Virus record (IMG/VR): IMGVR_UViG_3300037067_019009
Location: 64,001-128,000 of that record
Source of the DNA: a virus
Taxonomy: Duplodnaviria; Caudoviricetes
Strand: one strand, 5' to 3'
DNA: 64,000 nucleotides
Part shown: one piece after another, positions 32,313 through 42,188 of the stretch
How the letters are laid out: each line of letters starts with the position of its first letter
How positions within the stretch are numbered: position 1 is the stretch's first letter
The notes under the pieces: generated by a model
Database searches by the model: none
Told to the model about the DNA's origin: nothing
What the model saw: the letters and a program-made list of their open reading frames with translations, nothing else
Program-made: the position numbers and the translations under genes

Positions 32313-32969
32313 CTACTGAGATTTGCTCAGCTCTATGTACAAGTTAACGTACTTCCTATATTCCTCTATCTTCTCGGCAGATAAGCGGTAATCACGCGCT
32401 ATCTCTTCTCCCTTTTCTAACCAGTCTTCTACAGAAAGAACACGACATCCTATCTTTATCCACCCAGGAGCAGGTATACAAAACGAGTATGAACTCCCCT
32501 GTATATAGAGAGGAGATCCACCCCAGCTTCCTTCATACACTACAGCATCACTGTGCACTTTAGCATTCCCTCGTAATATAGCAGTGCCATAAACCATAGC
32601 ATTGCCATATACGTAGGCAGTGTCACATACTTCAGCGTGGCCAAACACTTTAGCGTATTGGCATACCTTAGCGCTGCCATGTATTTCAGCATGACCATAG
32701 ATCTGAGCACTATCAGAAACTAAGGCGCCGCCGAACACTTTAGCATCATTACGCACTATGGAATTATCATGCACTTGCGCATAATCATATACCATAGCAT
32801 CTGGTCCAATATACGCTGTATCACTGACTAATGCCGTGTTTTGTACCCAGCCATCACCATTTGGGTGGTGATGCCACGTCTCTTCCGTGGCATCGGGAAA
32901 TCGTTCTTGTAATTCTTTTAAGGTCATGCCAGTCTCCCGTGGCATATATCGCATTTTATTCATATGCAT
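32313..32969 (-). CDS. Left-handed beta-helix (hexapeptide repeat) protein
   Basis: Repeated AxVY(G/D)x hexapeptides, GDGWV, IKIGC. Confidence 0.85.
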   Translation of the reverse strand: MHMNKMRYMPRETGMTLKELQERFPDATEETWHHHPNGDGWVQNTALVSDTAYIGPDAMVYDYAQVHDNSIVRNDAKVFGGALVSDSAQIYGHAEIHGSAKVCQYAKVFGHAEVCDTAYVYGNAMVYGTAILRGNAKVHSDAVVYEGSWGGSPLYIQGSSYSFCIPAPGWIKIGCRVLSVEDWLEKGEEIARDYRLSAEKIEEYRKYVNLYIELSKSQ

Positions 32970-32971
32970 AT

Positions 32972-33228
32972 CTTAGGTTATAGGTGTGCTACTACGCTAA
33001 AGACTCCAACGGCTTCGCCTGGCTTCTTACCTTCAGACCTCGCAACGGCTAGAGGATCTTTCACCGTACCAGGTATTGTATACTACCATGGGTATACACG
33101 CAGGATACATCCGTTTTCGAGCCTGCGCTGACTTTTAACCAGGATACCTTATTCGCTTTGTACCTGGACTCCACTTGTCACTCTTTAAAGGATGGCTGCC
33201 TCTAAGCCCACCTCCCTAATAACCTAAG
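32972..33228 (-). ncRNA. 23S rRNA L11-binding-domain (H43/H44) mimic with 182-nt insert
   Basis: GGAGGUGGGCUUAGAGGCAGCCAUCCUUUAAAGAGUG [insert] CGUAGUAGCACAC, closed by CUUAGGUUAU/AUAACCUAAG. Confidence 0.8.
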
Positions 33229-33494
33229 TCTTATTAGTGTAATCATCAATCATACGGTCTAGTGCTTTCTCAGCCTTCCTCATCTGCTTTTTAGTGGGCT
33301 TCTTCGGAAGACTATCCAGCGCCCTGATGAACTTCTCCGCTTTCCTCAGCTGTTCGACGGATAGTGGCCTTTTCTTACCAGAAGTCCACACGAATCCGCA
33401 TGCACAGCATGTGTACTTGGGTCTCCCATCCAGGGCGGAGGATGCTTTGATGCCTCTATGCAAGCACCTCGGGCAGCTCAACCCACATCTCCAC

Positions 33495-34634
33495 TTATGG
33501 ATCGTCATGCTCGCTCTCCGAGTAGTCATTTATCACAAGGATAAAACTGGTGATAGCACTAGCCACTATAGTGAGAAGAAAAGTAACTATGATCATCCAT
33601 GTAGGAGGCTCCACTGAGAGATAACTAAACTGCCGAAAATCCTTACGTATGGGTCCTCTAGTCTTAGATACCTCCAAAGTCAACCACTTAGCTAAAGCGA
33701 CCGGGTCAAACCTATTCATGCATGATACAAGTTGCTTCGTCCGGGCCTTCAGCACCTCCTGTTCCGTCCAGGATACTACTTTGCACCAACTCACATGATC
33801 GCCTTTCCCCAGGCCAACGATCACGATAAATTCGTTCTTATTTCCACCCTTCCAGTAAGCTTCCTGGTCGAGTGCAGCCGCATAGGGTTTGTCATGAAAA
33901 ATAAGCAGCCAAACTCTGACCTTCTTACTGGCACCATATCTGGAATTAAGTATCTGAAGCTGCCTTTCGGCCTCGACCCGGCCGCTATTCAGGCGTCCGA
34001 GTATGACGGGGCATGTATACCCATTAGGTTCTGGGTAATCGAAGAGATGAAAAGTCTTAGGATTCACTGACCGGAAGTTAAGAATGCTGGAAGATGCCTG
34101 TACCATATTCACATAACTACGCAAATCTACTGTAGGTTCAAGGGACTTATCGTCACCACCCCAGTAAGTGACAAAACAGTCTCCATCATTACTATGGTAA
34201 TCCCTACTTAGTTCTACGAACTGCTTGTTCCCGAACTTTCTAACGAGCCGGAGAAAAGCCAACTCATTCACATTTCTGGTAGCCCCATTAGAATCTGTAA
34301 TTACCCAGTAAGGCTCGTGATCATCTACATCATAAGCATGCTGGTAACCTACCAGAATCAGGTTACCTTTCGAGTCAGTAACATATATTGGGTGTTGGCA
34401 TGAAACTCTCTCATCCCATGCTTCGAAGTATTCCGCTTTCTGAACATACCCTCCCCAGTACTCGATATCGCGCGTCTGTACCGACTCCGACACTGTCACA
34501 CAGATGACTATCAGGATAAAAGCAACCACGAACGGTACGGCGTATTCCCACCAGACCATCCTCCGCTTGAACCATTTGTACAGCACAAACATAGTGATGA
34601 ATGGTATAACGAGCGAAAACCACACAAGCGTCAT
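33495..34634 (-). CDS. Membrane protein with large soluble domain (TPM-like)
   Basis: Two N-terminal TMs, one C-terminal TM, YWKGGNKNE motif; follows the LemA-like gene. Confidence 0.65.
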   Translation of the reverse strand: MTLVWFSLVIPFITMFVLYKWFKRRMVWWEYAVPFVVAFILIVICVTVSESVQTRDIEYWGGYVQKAEYFEAWDERVSCQHPIYVTDSKGNLILVGYQHAYDVDDHEPYWVITDSNGATRNVNELAFLRLVRKFGNKQFVELSRDYHSNDGDCFVTYWGGDDKSLEPTVDLRSYVNMVQASSSILNFRSVNPKTFHLFDYPEPNGYTCPVILGRLNSGRVEAERQLQILNSRYGASKKVRVWLLIFHDKPYAAALDQEAYWKGGNKNEFIVIVGLGKGDHVSWCKVVSWTEQEVLKARTKQLVSCMNRFDPVALAKWLTLEVSKTRGPIRKDFRQFSYLSVEPPTWMIIVTFLLTIVASAITSFILVINDYSESEHDDP

Positions 34635-34639
34635 TGAGA

Positions 34640-35179
34640 TTACCTCCTCAGCGAAACATCATTTTCTACGCCGGTCTCGAAGGTATCCTCGGTCTTAGCG
34701 GACGTGACAATCTTCACTTTGATTTCAGGTCGCGTGGCTAGGAACGTACTGCCAGGCCACTTAGTCCTCAGTTTATCATGCTCCGCCTTCATATCGAGGA
34801 GCTCCTTCTGCTCTCGATTAAAAGCTTCCCGCATACCTTCTACCGTAGACATGAGATCCTTATAAACTGAGGCGTCCAACGTCGGGTTGTGCTCCTTTAT
34901 CCAGTTAAAAACCACACCAGACGTGTTCTTATACCTTTCATTCATGCCTCCTATGAACACTTCATAGAAGTCATCTTTGTAGTTCGCCGTTATATCAGCT
35001 TTCTGCGCTATTACCTTCCAGGCTTTATCAAAAGTAGCCTGATTGGACTTCTGTTTCGCCAGTATGGACATACGCAAGTCTATCTCACGGTTAGAGTAGC
35101 TGACATAACCCATGAATATTATAACCGCGAGCACAAGTATGCCTATGGCAGCGATAGGACCGATGGATTTACTAAACAA
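34640..35179 (-). CDS. LemA-like membrane-anchored helical protein
   Basis: N-terminal TM, then helical-bundle pattern ending KWPGSTFL. Confidence 0.55.
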   Translation of the reverse strand: MFSKSIGPIAAIGILVLAVIIFMGYVSYSNREIDLRMSILAKQKSNQATFDKAWKVIAQKADITANYKDDFYEVFIGGMNERYKNTSGVVFNWIKEHNPTLDASVYKDLMSTVEGMREAFNREQKELLDMKAEHDKLRTKWPGSTFLATRPEIKVKIVTSAKTEDTFETGVENDVSLRR

Positions 35180-35248
35180 TCTTATTACCTCCGTACAACA
35201 TAATTGCTGAAGGAGGGGATAGGATATAAAGTCTATCCCCTCATGCTA

Positions 35249-36013
35249 TCAGAACATGAGTGGCTGACTTGGTGCTTGGCCGGCGATTACCTTACTCTGG
35301 CTGGAGATAGATTTGGAGATGAACTCCGCTAGTTTAGCGAACGTAGTCCTCTCCGCGTCCTCAACGGCAATGAACTTGGAGAACCCGGCCTGAGCATGAA
35401 ACTCATCCAGCTTAAGCTTTACTTCTGAGTTGGCTACGTTGACACCGACGAGAACCGATATCATACCACTCATTGCTTCCTTCTTAGAAATAGCTTCAAA
35501 CGCGGCCTTCACCGAGCTCATCCCTAAAGTTCCGGCGCAGTTCAGGCCATCAGTAATCACTACCGTGAAACCATTCACGTCAAAATCGCTTGCGACTAGC
35601 GTAGCACCATAGCTGGCCGCGGCTTCTATCGCCCCAGTCGTGGCGTCGTAAAGTGCAGTCTGCCCTCCGGTCTTCTTCAGGCATCCGATGTAGTCCCCTA
35701 GATTTATAGAGGACAGCAGCTTGAACCCATGGATCTCGCGTACTTTACTGTCGAATGCCACTACCCGAACCAGTAAATTGTCAGCCCTCGGATCTCGCTG
35801 GCACGCGGCGACAGCTTCCTGGACGGCTTTTTCCATGTAGTCCCTAAACGGCTCCGTAGAACCAGATTCATCTACCACTATGGTGGCGAGGGTGTATTCA
35901 CACGCACCTAGAGCGCTCAGTCGGGTACCAGTGTACCCGAAGTTGTTTTGAGCAGTAACCAACTGCTCCATATCATCTTGTTGAACTATATCCGGCATAA
36001 TTCCTCCCATCAA
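35249..36013 (-). CDS. vWA (TerY-like) domain protein
   Basis: MIDAS VVDESGS, GGQTALYDA, VITDG. Confidence 0.9.
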   Translation of the reverse strand: MMGGIMPDIVQQDDMEQLVTAQNNFGYTGTRLSALGACEYTLATIVVDESGSTEPFRDYMEKAVQEAVAACQRDPRADNLLVRVVAFDSKVREIHGFKLLSSINLGDYIGCLKKTGGQTALYDATTGAIEAAASYGATLVASDFDVNGFTVVITDGLNCAGTLGMSSVKAAFEAISKKEAMSGMISVLVGVNVANSEVKLKLDEFHAQAGFSKFIAVEDAERTTFAKLAEFISKSISSQSKVIAGQAPSQPLMF

Positions 36014-36027
36014 AAACTAAAACTTTA

Positions 36028-36840
36028 CTACTTCAGAAACTCCTCGGTAGTAGAAAGCTGCATTCCTCGTGCAGTCATGCTGGAAACGAACTGGTCGCCC
36101 AGGTCCTCGAATCCACTTACCGAAGAACTGGCATCCGTGAGAAGAACTAGCTTTTTAATGTTCTCCTCACCGAAGTTGTCAGCGATGTCCTTCACTGTGT
36201 TGGCAAGGCAGTGCGAAAGGGCTTCTCCAGCTACCGCCACTATATCCGCGTTGCTAAGCACGTCGATGAGTTGGGTATTCAGCTGCGTGCTGGCATCCTT
36301 CGGATCCGGCACCTCGGCTTGTACAGCTGAGTAATGTTCCGTGAATACGTTACTGCCTTTAGTAACGAAGTCGACGCTCTTGAAACGTGCCTTTTCCCAC
36401 AGAGTTATAGCGTTGTGGAATTCCGGAACGAGGGCATGCCCCCATGATCCTATTAGACAGTGCGGTGGCCATATGCAGAGTACGTATCTGCCATTCGTCT
36501 CCAACGCCTTCACATAAGCTAGCGCCCTATTGTAGAGCGATGGCATAGTAGTAGTCCACCTACCACTCTCCACATCTCCGGCGGTGATGAGCGTGAATGG
36601 GGCAGGGTTGTTTCCAGCCGAATCCTTCCAGTAAGCTGGATGTGCAATGTCGATAATCCGGTGGCTATCCATTGTCACGTGAATATCGTCGATTCTACTC
36701 TGAAGACGGCCTACCATAGCGGCTAACCGCTTCATATCGTCTTCGGCGGACGGGACTACAAGAGCGCCTACCTCTCCTCCTGGCCCCTTTGCCACACAGA
36801 AATCGTTCTGGGGATCGATTACTAATAACTCAAGTCTCAC
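36028..36840 (-). CDS. Isochorismatase/nicotinamidase-family cysteine hydrolase
   Basis: VIDPQNDF, MDSH, WPPHC, TKGS, ALSHC (D-K-C triad and metal ligands). Confidence 0.92.
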   Translation of the reverse strand: MRLELLVIDPQNDFCVAKGPGGEVGALVVPSAEDDMKRLAAMVGRLQSRIDDIHVTMDSHRIIDIAHPAYWKDSAGNNPAPFTLITAGDVESGRWTTTMPSLYNRALAYVKALETNGRYVLCIWPPHCLIGSWGHALVPEFHNAITLWEKARFKSVDFVTKGSNVFTEHYSAVQAEVPDPKDASTQLNTQLIDVLSNADIVAVAGEALSHCLANTVKDIADNFGEENIKKLVLLTDASSSVSGFEDLGDQFVSSMTARGMQLSTTEEFLK

Positions 36841-36854
36841 TTCGGTTGTCCTTT

Positions 36855-38519
36855 CTACTGTTTCATTGATAATTTATACAGTCTATTAGCCTGAATGGCC
36901 ATCAACGTATTACCATCGGCTACCAGTTGCATATCGGCGGAAAACGCCGGGTCTGAAAATCTTCTAGTTCCTGTGCTTCCCTTCCTCGAAGAGAATAGCA
37001 CAATGTCGGTTCCTTCTACCATCACTACAGCCACTCCGCTATCGAGTACAGCCATACTTATTCCAGTATAAGTTATATCCTCATGCTTTATAATGTCATA
37101 AGAGGAGTAGTCATTGGAAAACCGGAATATGAACATATCATATACGGATTGTTTTTCTCCAACCACAGCCAGAACTCCACGCTCGAACTTGGCATCAACT
37201 ACCTTATAGCCCTTCAGTTCAGGTATCTTGACATTATAGGTACATCCGGCCTTGGGTAAAATCGTAGCGAACCACATGCCCAAAGCATCTTGCATAGCCA
37301 CTCCATCAAACATAGTAGTAGACTTAGATGTCACGTTAGCAACCATCGTAGCCGCTGGGAATACACTTGGGTACAACTCCTTAAGTTCAATATGGAGTAG
37401 CTTATTACCCTGCTTAACATACACATCACCTCCGTAGCTGAACATATCATCCACATCAAGAATCATGGGTATTTCTCTCGGAGAATCGATGCCTGCCATT
37501 TTCAGCATGTCCTGCTTCCATACAGCCACACGCTTACCGGAGGTTGTCCTGGCTATATGGAAATCCCCGCCCCCAAACACCCTCTTTGCTCCACTATAAG
37601 TACCAGTCGAGGTGATGGCCAAACCACACCTATAGCTTATTATATTAGAGCTATACTCATGCACCAGCTCCATATTAATAAGCCCTGCGGTTACTATAGG
37701 CTTGCTTACAATCGTGGTAAATACGATAGCCTCTATGCCCTCCGGAGGAGGAATACGTTCTCCCCCTTCCAACACCCGCAGGTACCACTGAAAATACCCG
37801 GAAGGTATTACGTCAAATGGTTGACATACTGGCGGAACAGACACATCTTTGTTAAGGACCGATAGATTGGCCAGCATCCTTTCGTCTAAGCCACTTACTC
37901 TCGGATGGCTGCCTTTATAAGGATGTATCCCAGTGAACATCTGAAAGGATACTATCGCAAAAGAAAACCAATCGGTTCCTTCGTTGAATACACCTGGCTT
38001 AGAGTGCCTATCTCGCACACTCTCCATGAGCACAGGAGCCGCGTAATGTGGACACCCGTAAGAATCTACATCTATGAAATAAATGGTATCGAATTTTGAG
38101 CTGACAAGAAAGTTCATCTCATTTAAATCTACAAGGAGTATACTGCAGTCATGAATGCCTTGCACTCCGGTACGCTTGCGATGTACTAGTTTGTTAATTA
38201 TCTCCGGGGTGATACCATGCTTAGTCCTGAAAACTGCAGGAAACAATTTGCAGAGCGGGTAAGAATCCTTGATGTACCGCATAGTGTAGCCGATTGGCTC
38301 ACCACTGCCGCTGAGCAGAATATCTTCCGGCTTGATAACATCCGGGTTAGTAATCCTGGAAAGCTCCCTGATCTTGCCAACAGGAATCATCTTGCTTGGA
38401 TCATGATAGATTTTGTAAGCTTCAAACCCACGGACATATATCGAGCCTTCCCCACCAGTTGCAATAAAGTCATTCTGCGTTAGTGTGACTTTACTTTTAC
38501 CCTGCACGTATACATCCAT
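36855..38519 (-). CDS. Ser/Thr protein kinase with beta-rich C-terminus
   Basis: GGEGSIY, AYKIY, VDLNEMNFLV, IDVDS, DWFSFA. Confidence 0.9.
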   Translation of the reverse strand: MDVYVQGKSKVTLTQNDFIATGGEGSIYVRGFEAYKIYHDPSKMIPVGKIRELSRITNPDVIKPEDILLSGSGEPIGYTMRYIKDSYPLCKLFPAVFRTKHGITPEIINKLVHRKRTGVQGIHDCSILLVDLNEMNFLVSSKFDTIYFIDVDSYGCPHYAAPVLMESVRDRHSKPGVFNEGTDWFSFAIVSFQMFTGIHPYKGSHPRVSGLDERMLANLSVLNKDVSVPPVCQPFDVIPSGYFQWYLRVLEGGERIPPPEGIEAIVFTTIVSKPIVTAGLINMELVHEYSSNIISYRCGLAITSTGTYSGAKRVFGGGDFHIARTTSGKRVAVWKQDMLKMAGIDSPREIPMILDVDDMFSYGGDVYVKQGNKLLHIELKELYPSVFPAATMVANVTSKSTTMFDGVAMQDALGMWFATILPKAGCTYNVKIPELKGYKVVDAKFERGVLAVVGEKQSVYDMFIFRFSNDYSSYDIIKHEDITYTGISMAVLDSGVAVVMVEGTDIVLFSSRKGSTGTRRFSDPAFSADMQLVADGNTLMAIQANRLYKLSMKQ

Positions 38520-38531
38520 ATCAGTAGCCCC

Positions 38532-39359
38532 TTACAATATCACAGCGGCGATGGAAAGATCATCATAATGATTCCATCCAAGTTCCCTATACTCTCTCTC
38601 GAACCCCTGGAATCTACGCTGTAGAAACTCCCCCGTCATAGACTTAAACTTGAACAGTTTAGCTACGACTTCATGCACCGGTACCCTGCCTCCTGATCGT
38701 AAGAAGCTGGCTAAGCCATCGCTGGCGACCGCTGCCCAGTCGTAGTTCCCTTCGCTGAGATCTACATAGTAACTCCCCGGCTCCATGAAACTTATCGTCT
38801 CGCCTGAAACCTGGCCGGACTCCGATATGAGATAGTCATAAACGCATAATTCCCAGCCATCAGGAACATATGCTAGTCTAGACTTATCGAACTCATATAC
38901 CACATAATAGGGGTAGCTGTTCTCATAGATAAGTTCTACTACCCTGATCTCGCCGGACTTCATTCCGAGGGTTATAACACCATCTCCATAGGCACAGGCC
39001 TCTAACTGGCCGATTCCAGACCCTCGTAGGGATGCCTTTAGTGTAAGTAACGTAGCATCCATACACTCCGAGGGAAGTCTGGGGAAATTCGAGGTCAGAG
39101 TTAATAACGTATTCTTTGCCACTCGCGACAATTCTTCCGGCCTTATATTATTATCCACACCATAACTTCCAATGTATAAAGCCAGAGCTCTGGCTCCTAT
39201 ATCGGTCATAGGAGAGCCGGAACACCCATCGGATATAATGGCAAGCCCCACCTCATCATCGGGAGTACGAGGATGGCCACAATAAGTATACGCATAATCT
39301 TGACATATTTTATGGCTATTCCCTATTCGGAAGAAACAATCACTATGCACAATTAACAC
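38532..39359 (-). CDS. PP2C-type protein phosphatase
   Basis: CQDYA, ISDGCSGS, YGDG, ASDGL, DDLS. Confidence 0.92.
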   Translation of the reverse strand: MLIVHSDCFFRIGNSHKICQDYAYTYCGHPRTPDDEVGLAIISDGCSGSPMTDIGARALALYIGSYGVDNNIRPEELSRVAKNTLLTLTSNFPRLPSECMDATLLTLKASLRGSGIGQLEACAYGDGVITLGMKSGEIRVVELIYENSYPYYVVYEFDKSRLAYVPDGWELCVYDYLISESGQVSGETISFMEPGSYYVDLSEGNYDWAAVASDGLASFLRSGGRVPVHEVVAKLFKFKSMTGEFLQRRFQGFEREYRELGWNHYDDLSIAAVIL

Positions 39360-39636
39360 CTTTCGGAGATGATACTTACGAATTACAAACCTAGAGAAGG
39401 TGGGAAGGTCTAAATGCTAGTACATAGCACTTCCTAATGGACCTCCCACCCCACTACAGCAGTGTAGTCTGCTGTCGACTGCAGTGTTTATGGTGCACAC
39501 TACCAAAACCGCCTCCATGTTTCGTCAGGAGGCCCATCGGTGATACGGCCATACAACCGTGACGCCATTTAGCTCGCGCCCTAGCCAGTTGCCTATATTA
39601 GGGTAAGGCAACATCTCAACTAGCCACTACTTATGT

Positions 39637-39709
39637 TATTCCCGCTTAGACTCGAACTAAGATCTTCCTCGTTACAAACGAGGGTGTTACCTACTTACAC
39701 CACGGGAAT
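39637..39709 (-). tRNA. tRNA-Thr(UGU)-like, atypical, no CCA
   Basis: AUUCCCG UG GUGU AAGUAGGUA ACAC CCUCG UUUGUAA CGAGG...CUUAG UUCGAGU CUAAG CGGGAAU A; one nucleotide short at the D/anticodon junction. Confidence 0.65.
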
Positions 39710-39746
39710 AGCCTGCAGCTGACGTCTAAGCTGCATACCCCCAGTG

Positions 39747-40274
39747 CTATACAAGCAAAAGGGATTTGGTGAAGTTCCACTTATCAGTCGGAACCTCTTT
39801 AACATTTACAGAATCGTAGTCTAAAAGGATCTCTCCACCAGTGTAGAGATCCTTTACTCTATCTACCTTTGCTTTAGCCCTTTTAGAAAGCTCAATGGAG
39901 GAGAAGTAACCCGCTACATTATGCTCCCTAACTAAAACTTTGTCAAGCCTTTGGCCCCTCCACCTGTCGTGGAGAACGAAGTTTATCAAAGGTATGCCTT
40001 GAAAGCAGGCCCGACTCACCTGCTTTCTAGAGGAACAATCGAGAAGAACCACATTAAGTCCTCTGGCTATGCAGTACAGAAAATTATAATCCAGATCTTC
40101 TATAATCTGGCTCCATCTAGATTGCTCGCACAAGGTGGACTGAATACGTACACAACCCCTAGCTAACCCGGCTTTAGGATGAGACATGCCATGAAATAGA
40201 TTTACAAAATATATAGGCTTCGGTCGTATGGAAGTGAGGAATTCCTGAAACCTTTTATCTGAGGCTGTGGTCAC
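39747..40274 (-). CDS. Hypothetical protein
   Basis: 175-aa ORF downstream of Ro60. Confidence 0.65.
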   Translation of the reverse strand: MTTASDKRFQEFLTSIRPKPIYFVNLFHGMSHPKAGLARGCVRIQSTLCEQSRWSQIIEDLDYNFLYCIARGLNVVLLDCSSRKQVSRACFQGIPLINFVLHDRWRGQRLDKVLVREHNVAGYFSSIELSKRAKAKVDRVKDLYTGGEILLDYDSVNVKEVPTDKWNFTKSLLLV

Positions 40275-40471
40275 TTTTTACCAAACTTTCCGCTAATCCT
40301 GCTTAGTATTTTATGAAGTCGCAACTTTGGTACAATCGTCCTGCACCACCACTTCACCGCATTGGATAGTCTAGAATTGTTATCTCTTTTTCCAATATTT
40401 AATTCACTCCTCCGGTACTATTTGAAGTTGGATTGAATATCCAATATATGGGGTTCAATCGAATGATCTAC

Positions 40472-42142
40472 TTATATGTTTCCCAAAGCGAATTGGGAAA
40501 TAAGATTTGGAGTAGCGGTATCAAACCCCACCAAATCTAGCATCCCAGAGTCATCCGGGTCTGCGATAGAGAACCCATTGCTTACCATCCCTACCACTAC
40601 GGATCTGGCGTTAGGGTTGATCTTCTTCCGGTACTCAGCGAGAGCCTGGGTGGGATGAATCTTTCCAGCCCAAGTCTCGCTATCCGTGTACACAACGAAT
40701 AAATCTATATTTAGATTGTTCTTTAATGCGTATAAAATAGGCAAAGAGCAATCTGTGCCACCGGCATCCAGTCCCTCTATATATTGGCATACGTCGCTTA
40801 TCCGTTGCTTACTACTGATATCAAGAGCAGAGACACTAGGAATACGACGATTAGTAGAGTCGGCTGTAAAACCTGTCACGACGACGTTCTTCTCAACAGC
40901 CTGGGTAACTAAAGCCATCGCAGCAGAACCAACTCTTGGAGTCAGTCCTGGGCAACCAGCAATGTTCACCCAAGTCATCGACGCAGATAAATCAAGAGCC
41001 AGCATTATATTTTTTCCGGTTGGCTCAACGTTTCCAAATGCAGTGTAGAATGCTCTATTGAGCGCGTCCACTACCTGTGTTACTGGCGTCCAGCTCCCAC
41101 TGCCCCTTACTCCCATCCCTGATCCGTATGTCAGAAGCGCCTTGAGTACATCTATAGGATGGACTCTACTCTTCCTGATCATCTCAACATCTGATAGCTT
41201 ATCTACCACGAAGTTGATAATGTCGAACTTCCCTGGAGCTAATAACCCACTCTTACTAAAGTTGCCCAGGTTCCTGAGTATTGCATGAAAAGGCATCTCC
41301 TGCAACAACTCCAGCTGCACATCCGGATCGCTCTTGAACTGAGAAGGTATGCACTCATGTGGAAGATTATAATCCTTAATTAAAGATATTATACCTTTCT
41401 TCCCGTCTTCAGTTTTAGCTTGCTCGAACGCGTAAATTATCTTAGCTGGAGTACCAGCAAACGTTTTTGCATCCAAGCCCTCGCGCACAACCCCGCGCTT
41501 CTTGTCTTCCCATCCATTAGTGCCATGTGTACACCACTGAAGGATGTTAGAGAAGAGATCGGAGTCCGCTTTAACATGAGATAGCCTGAGCAAATCTCTA
41601 TGGCTCCACCCATCACGCTGCTGGTACTTAGTAACTTGCAGTGACAAGGCACCGGCCGACTTACCTAAGTACCAATCCGCAACAGCGTTCTTCAGTAGGC
41701 GCCCCCATCCGCGAAGGTTAGTAACGTATTCAGCGAAGTGGAATAAGTGAGTTCCGATCCTGCAGACTTGGGGCAAAGCCGCAGCAGCTGCTTTCTTTGT
41801 TTCCACATCTCCAAAACTCATACACGCGGCGAGGGCGAAGATACAAGGGTCATTCTTTGGCGCTCGTCCAGCCTGAGAGATATCGACTATCTCTTTAACC
41901 AACTCGACGCCACTTGCCCTAATTACATTCTCCATAGCAGCAAAACTCTTCAGAGTCATATCTTTCTCTGTAGCATAATAGCTGCCACCCTCAGTGCCGA
42001 GGATCAAGAACCTCTTCACCTTCATCCACTCACTCACTTCGAATGAGTATCCCCCTGCCTGATTCTCCACCATCGACTTACCTGGAATAGGCTGGGTTTG
42101 CGGAGTTTTCTTTACAGACACATGCTTACTGTAGTTAGTCAT
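40472..42142 (-). CDS. rsr: Ro60/Rsr TROVE-domain RNA-binding protein with vWA domain
   Basis: NQAGGY, RFLILGTEGGSYY, VCRIGTHLF, KYQQRDGWSHRDLLRLSH, RVHP, ALDLSASM, GGTDC, TDSET, GFD. Confidence 0.97.
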   Translation of the reverse strand: MTNYSKHVSVKKTPQTQPIPGKSMVENQAGGYSFEVSEWMKVKRFLILGTEGGSYYATEKDMTLKSFAAMENVIRASGVELVKEIVDISQAGRAPKNDPCIFALAACMSFGDVETKKAAAAALPQVCRIGTHLFHFAEYVTNLRGWGRLLKNAVADWYLGKSAGALSLQVTKYQQRDGWSHRDLLRLSHVKADSDLFSNILQWCTHGTNGWEDKKRGVVREGLDAKTFAGTPAKIIYAFEQAKTEDGKKGIISLIKDYNLPHECIPSQFKSDPDVQLELLQEMPFHAILRNLGNFSKSGLLAPGKFDIINFVVDKLSDVEMIRKSRVHPIDVLKALLTYGSGMGVRGSGSWTPVTQVVDALNRAFYTAFGNVEPTGKNIMLALDLSASMTWVNIAGCPGLTPRVGSAAMALVTQAVEKNVVVTGFTADSTNRRIPSVSALDISSKQRISDVCQYIEGLDAGGTDCSLPILYALKNNLNIDLFVVYTDSETWAGKIHPTQALAEYRKKINPNARSVVVGMVSNGFSIADPDDSGMLDLVGFDTATPNLISQFALGNI

Positions 42143-42188
42143 TTGCTTTTGGTTCCTCTGGTCCTAGTCAGGACAAATCATTTGTAGT

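Noticed and set aside
32997-33178. Group I intron in an rRNA gene
   Set aside because: No flanking rRNA; junctions that restore H44 do not give both an exon-terminal U and an intron-terminal G; no P7 core recognised by eye (not excluded without cmscan)
39510-39535. Hammerhead ribozyme (CUGACGAAAC on the minus strand)
   Set aside because: CUGAnGA and GAAA overlap with no stem II between them; the motif lies in a simple hairpin loop
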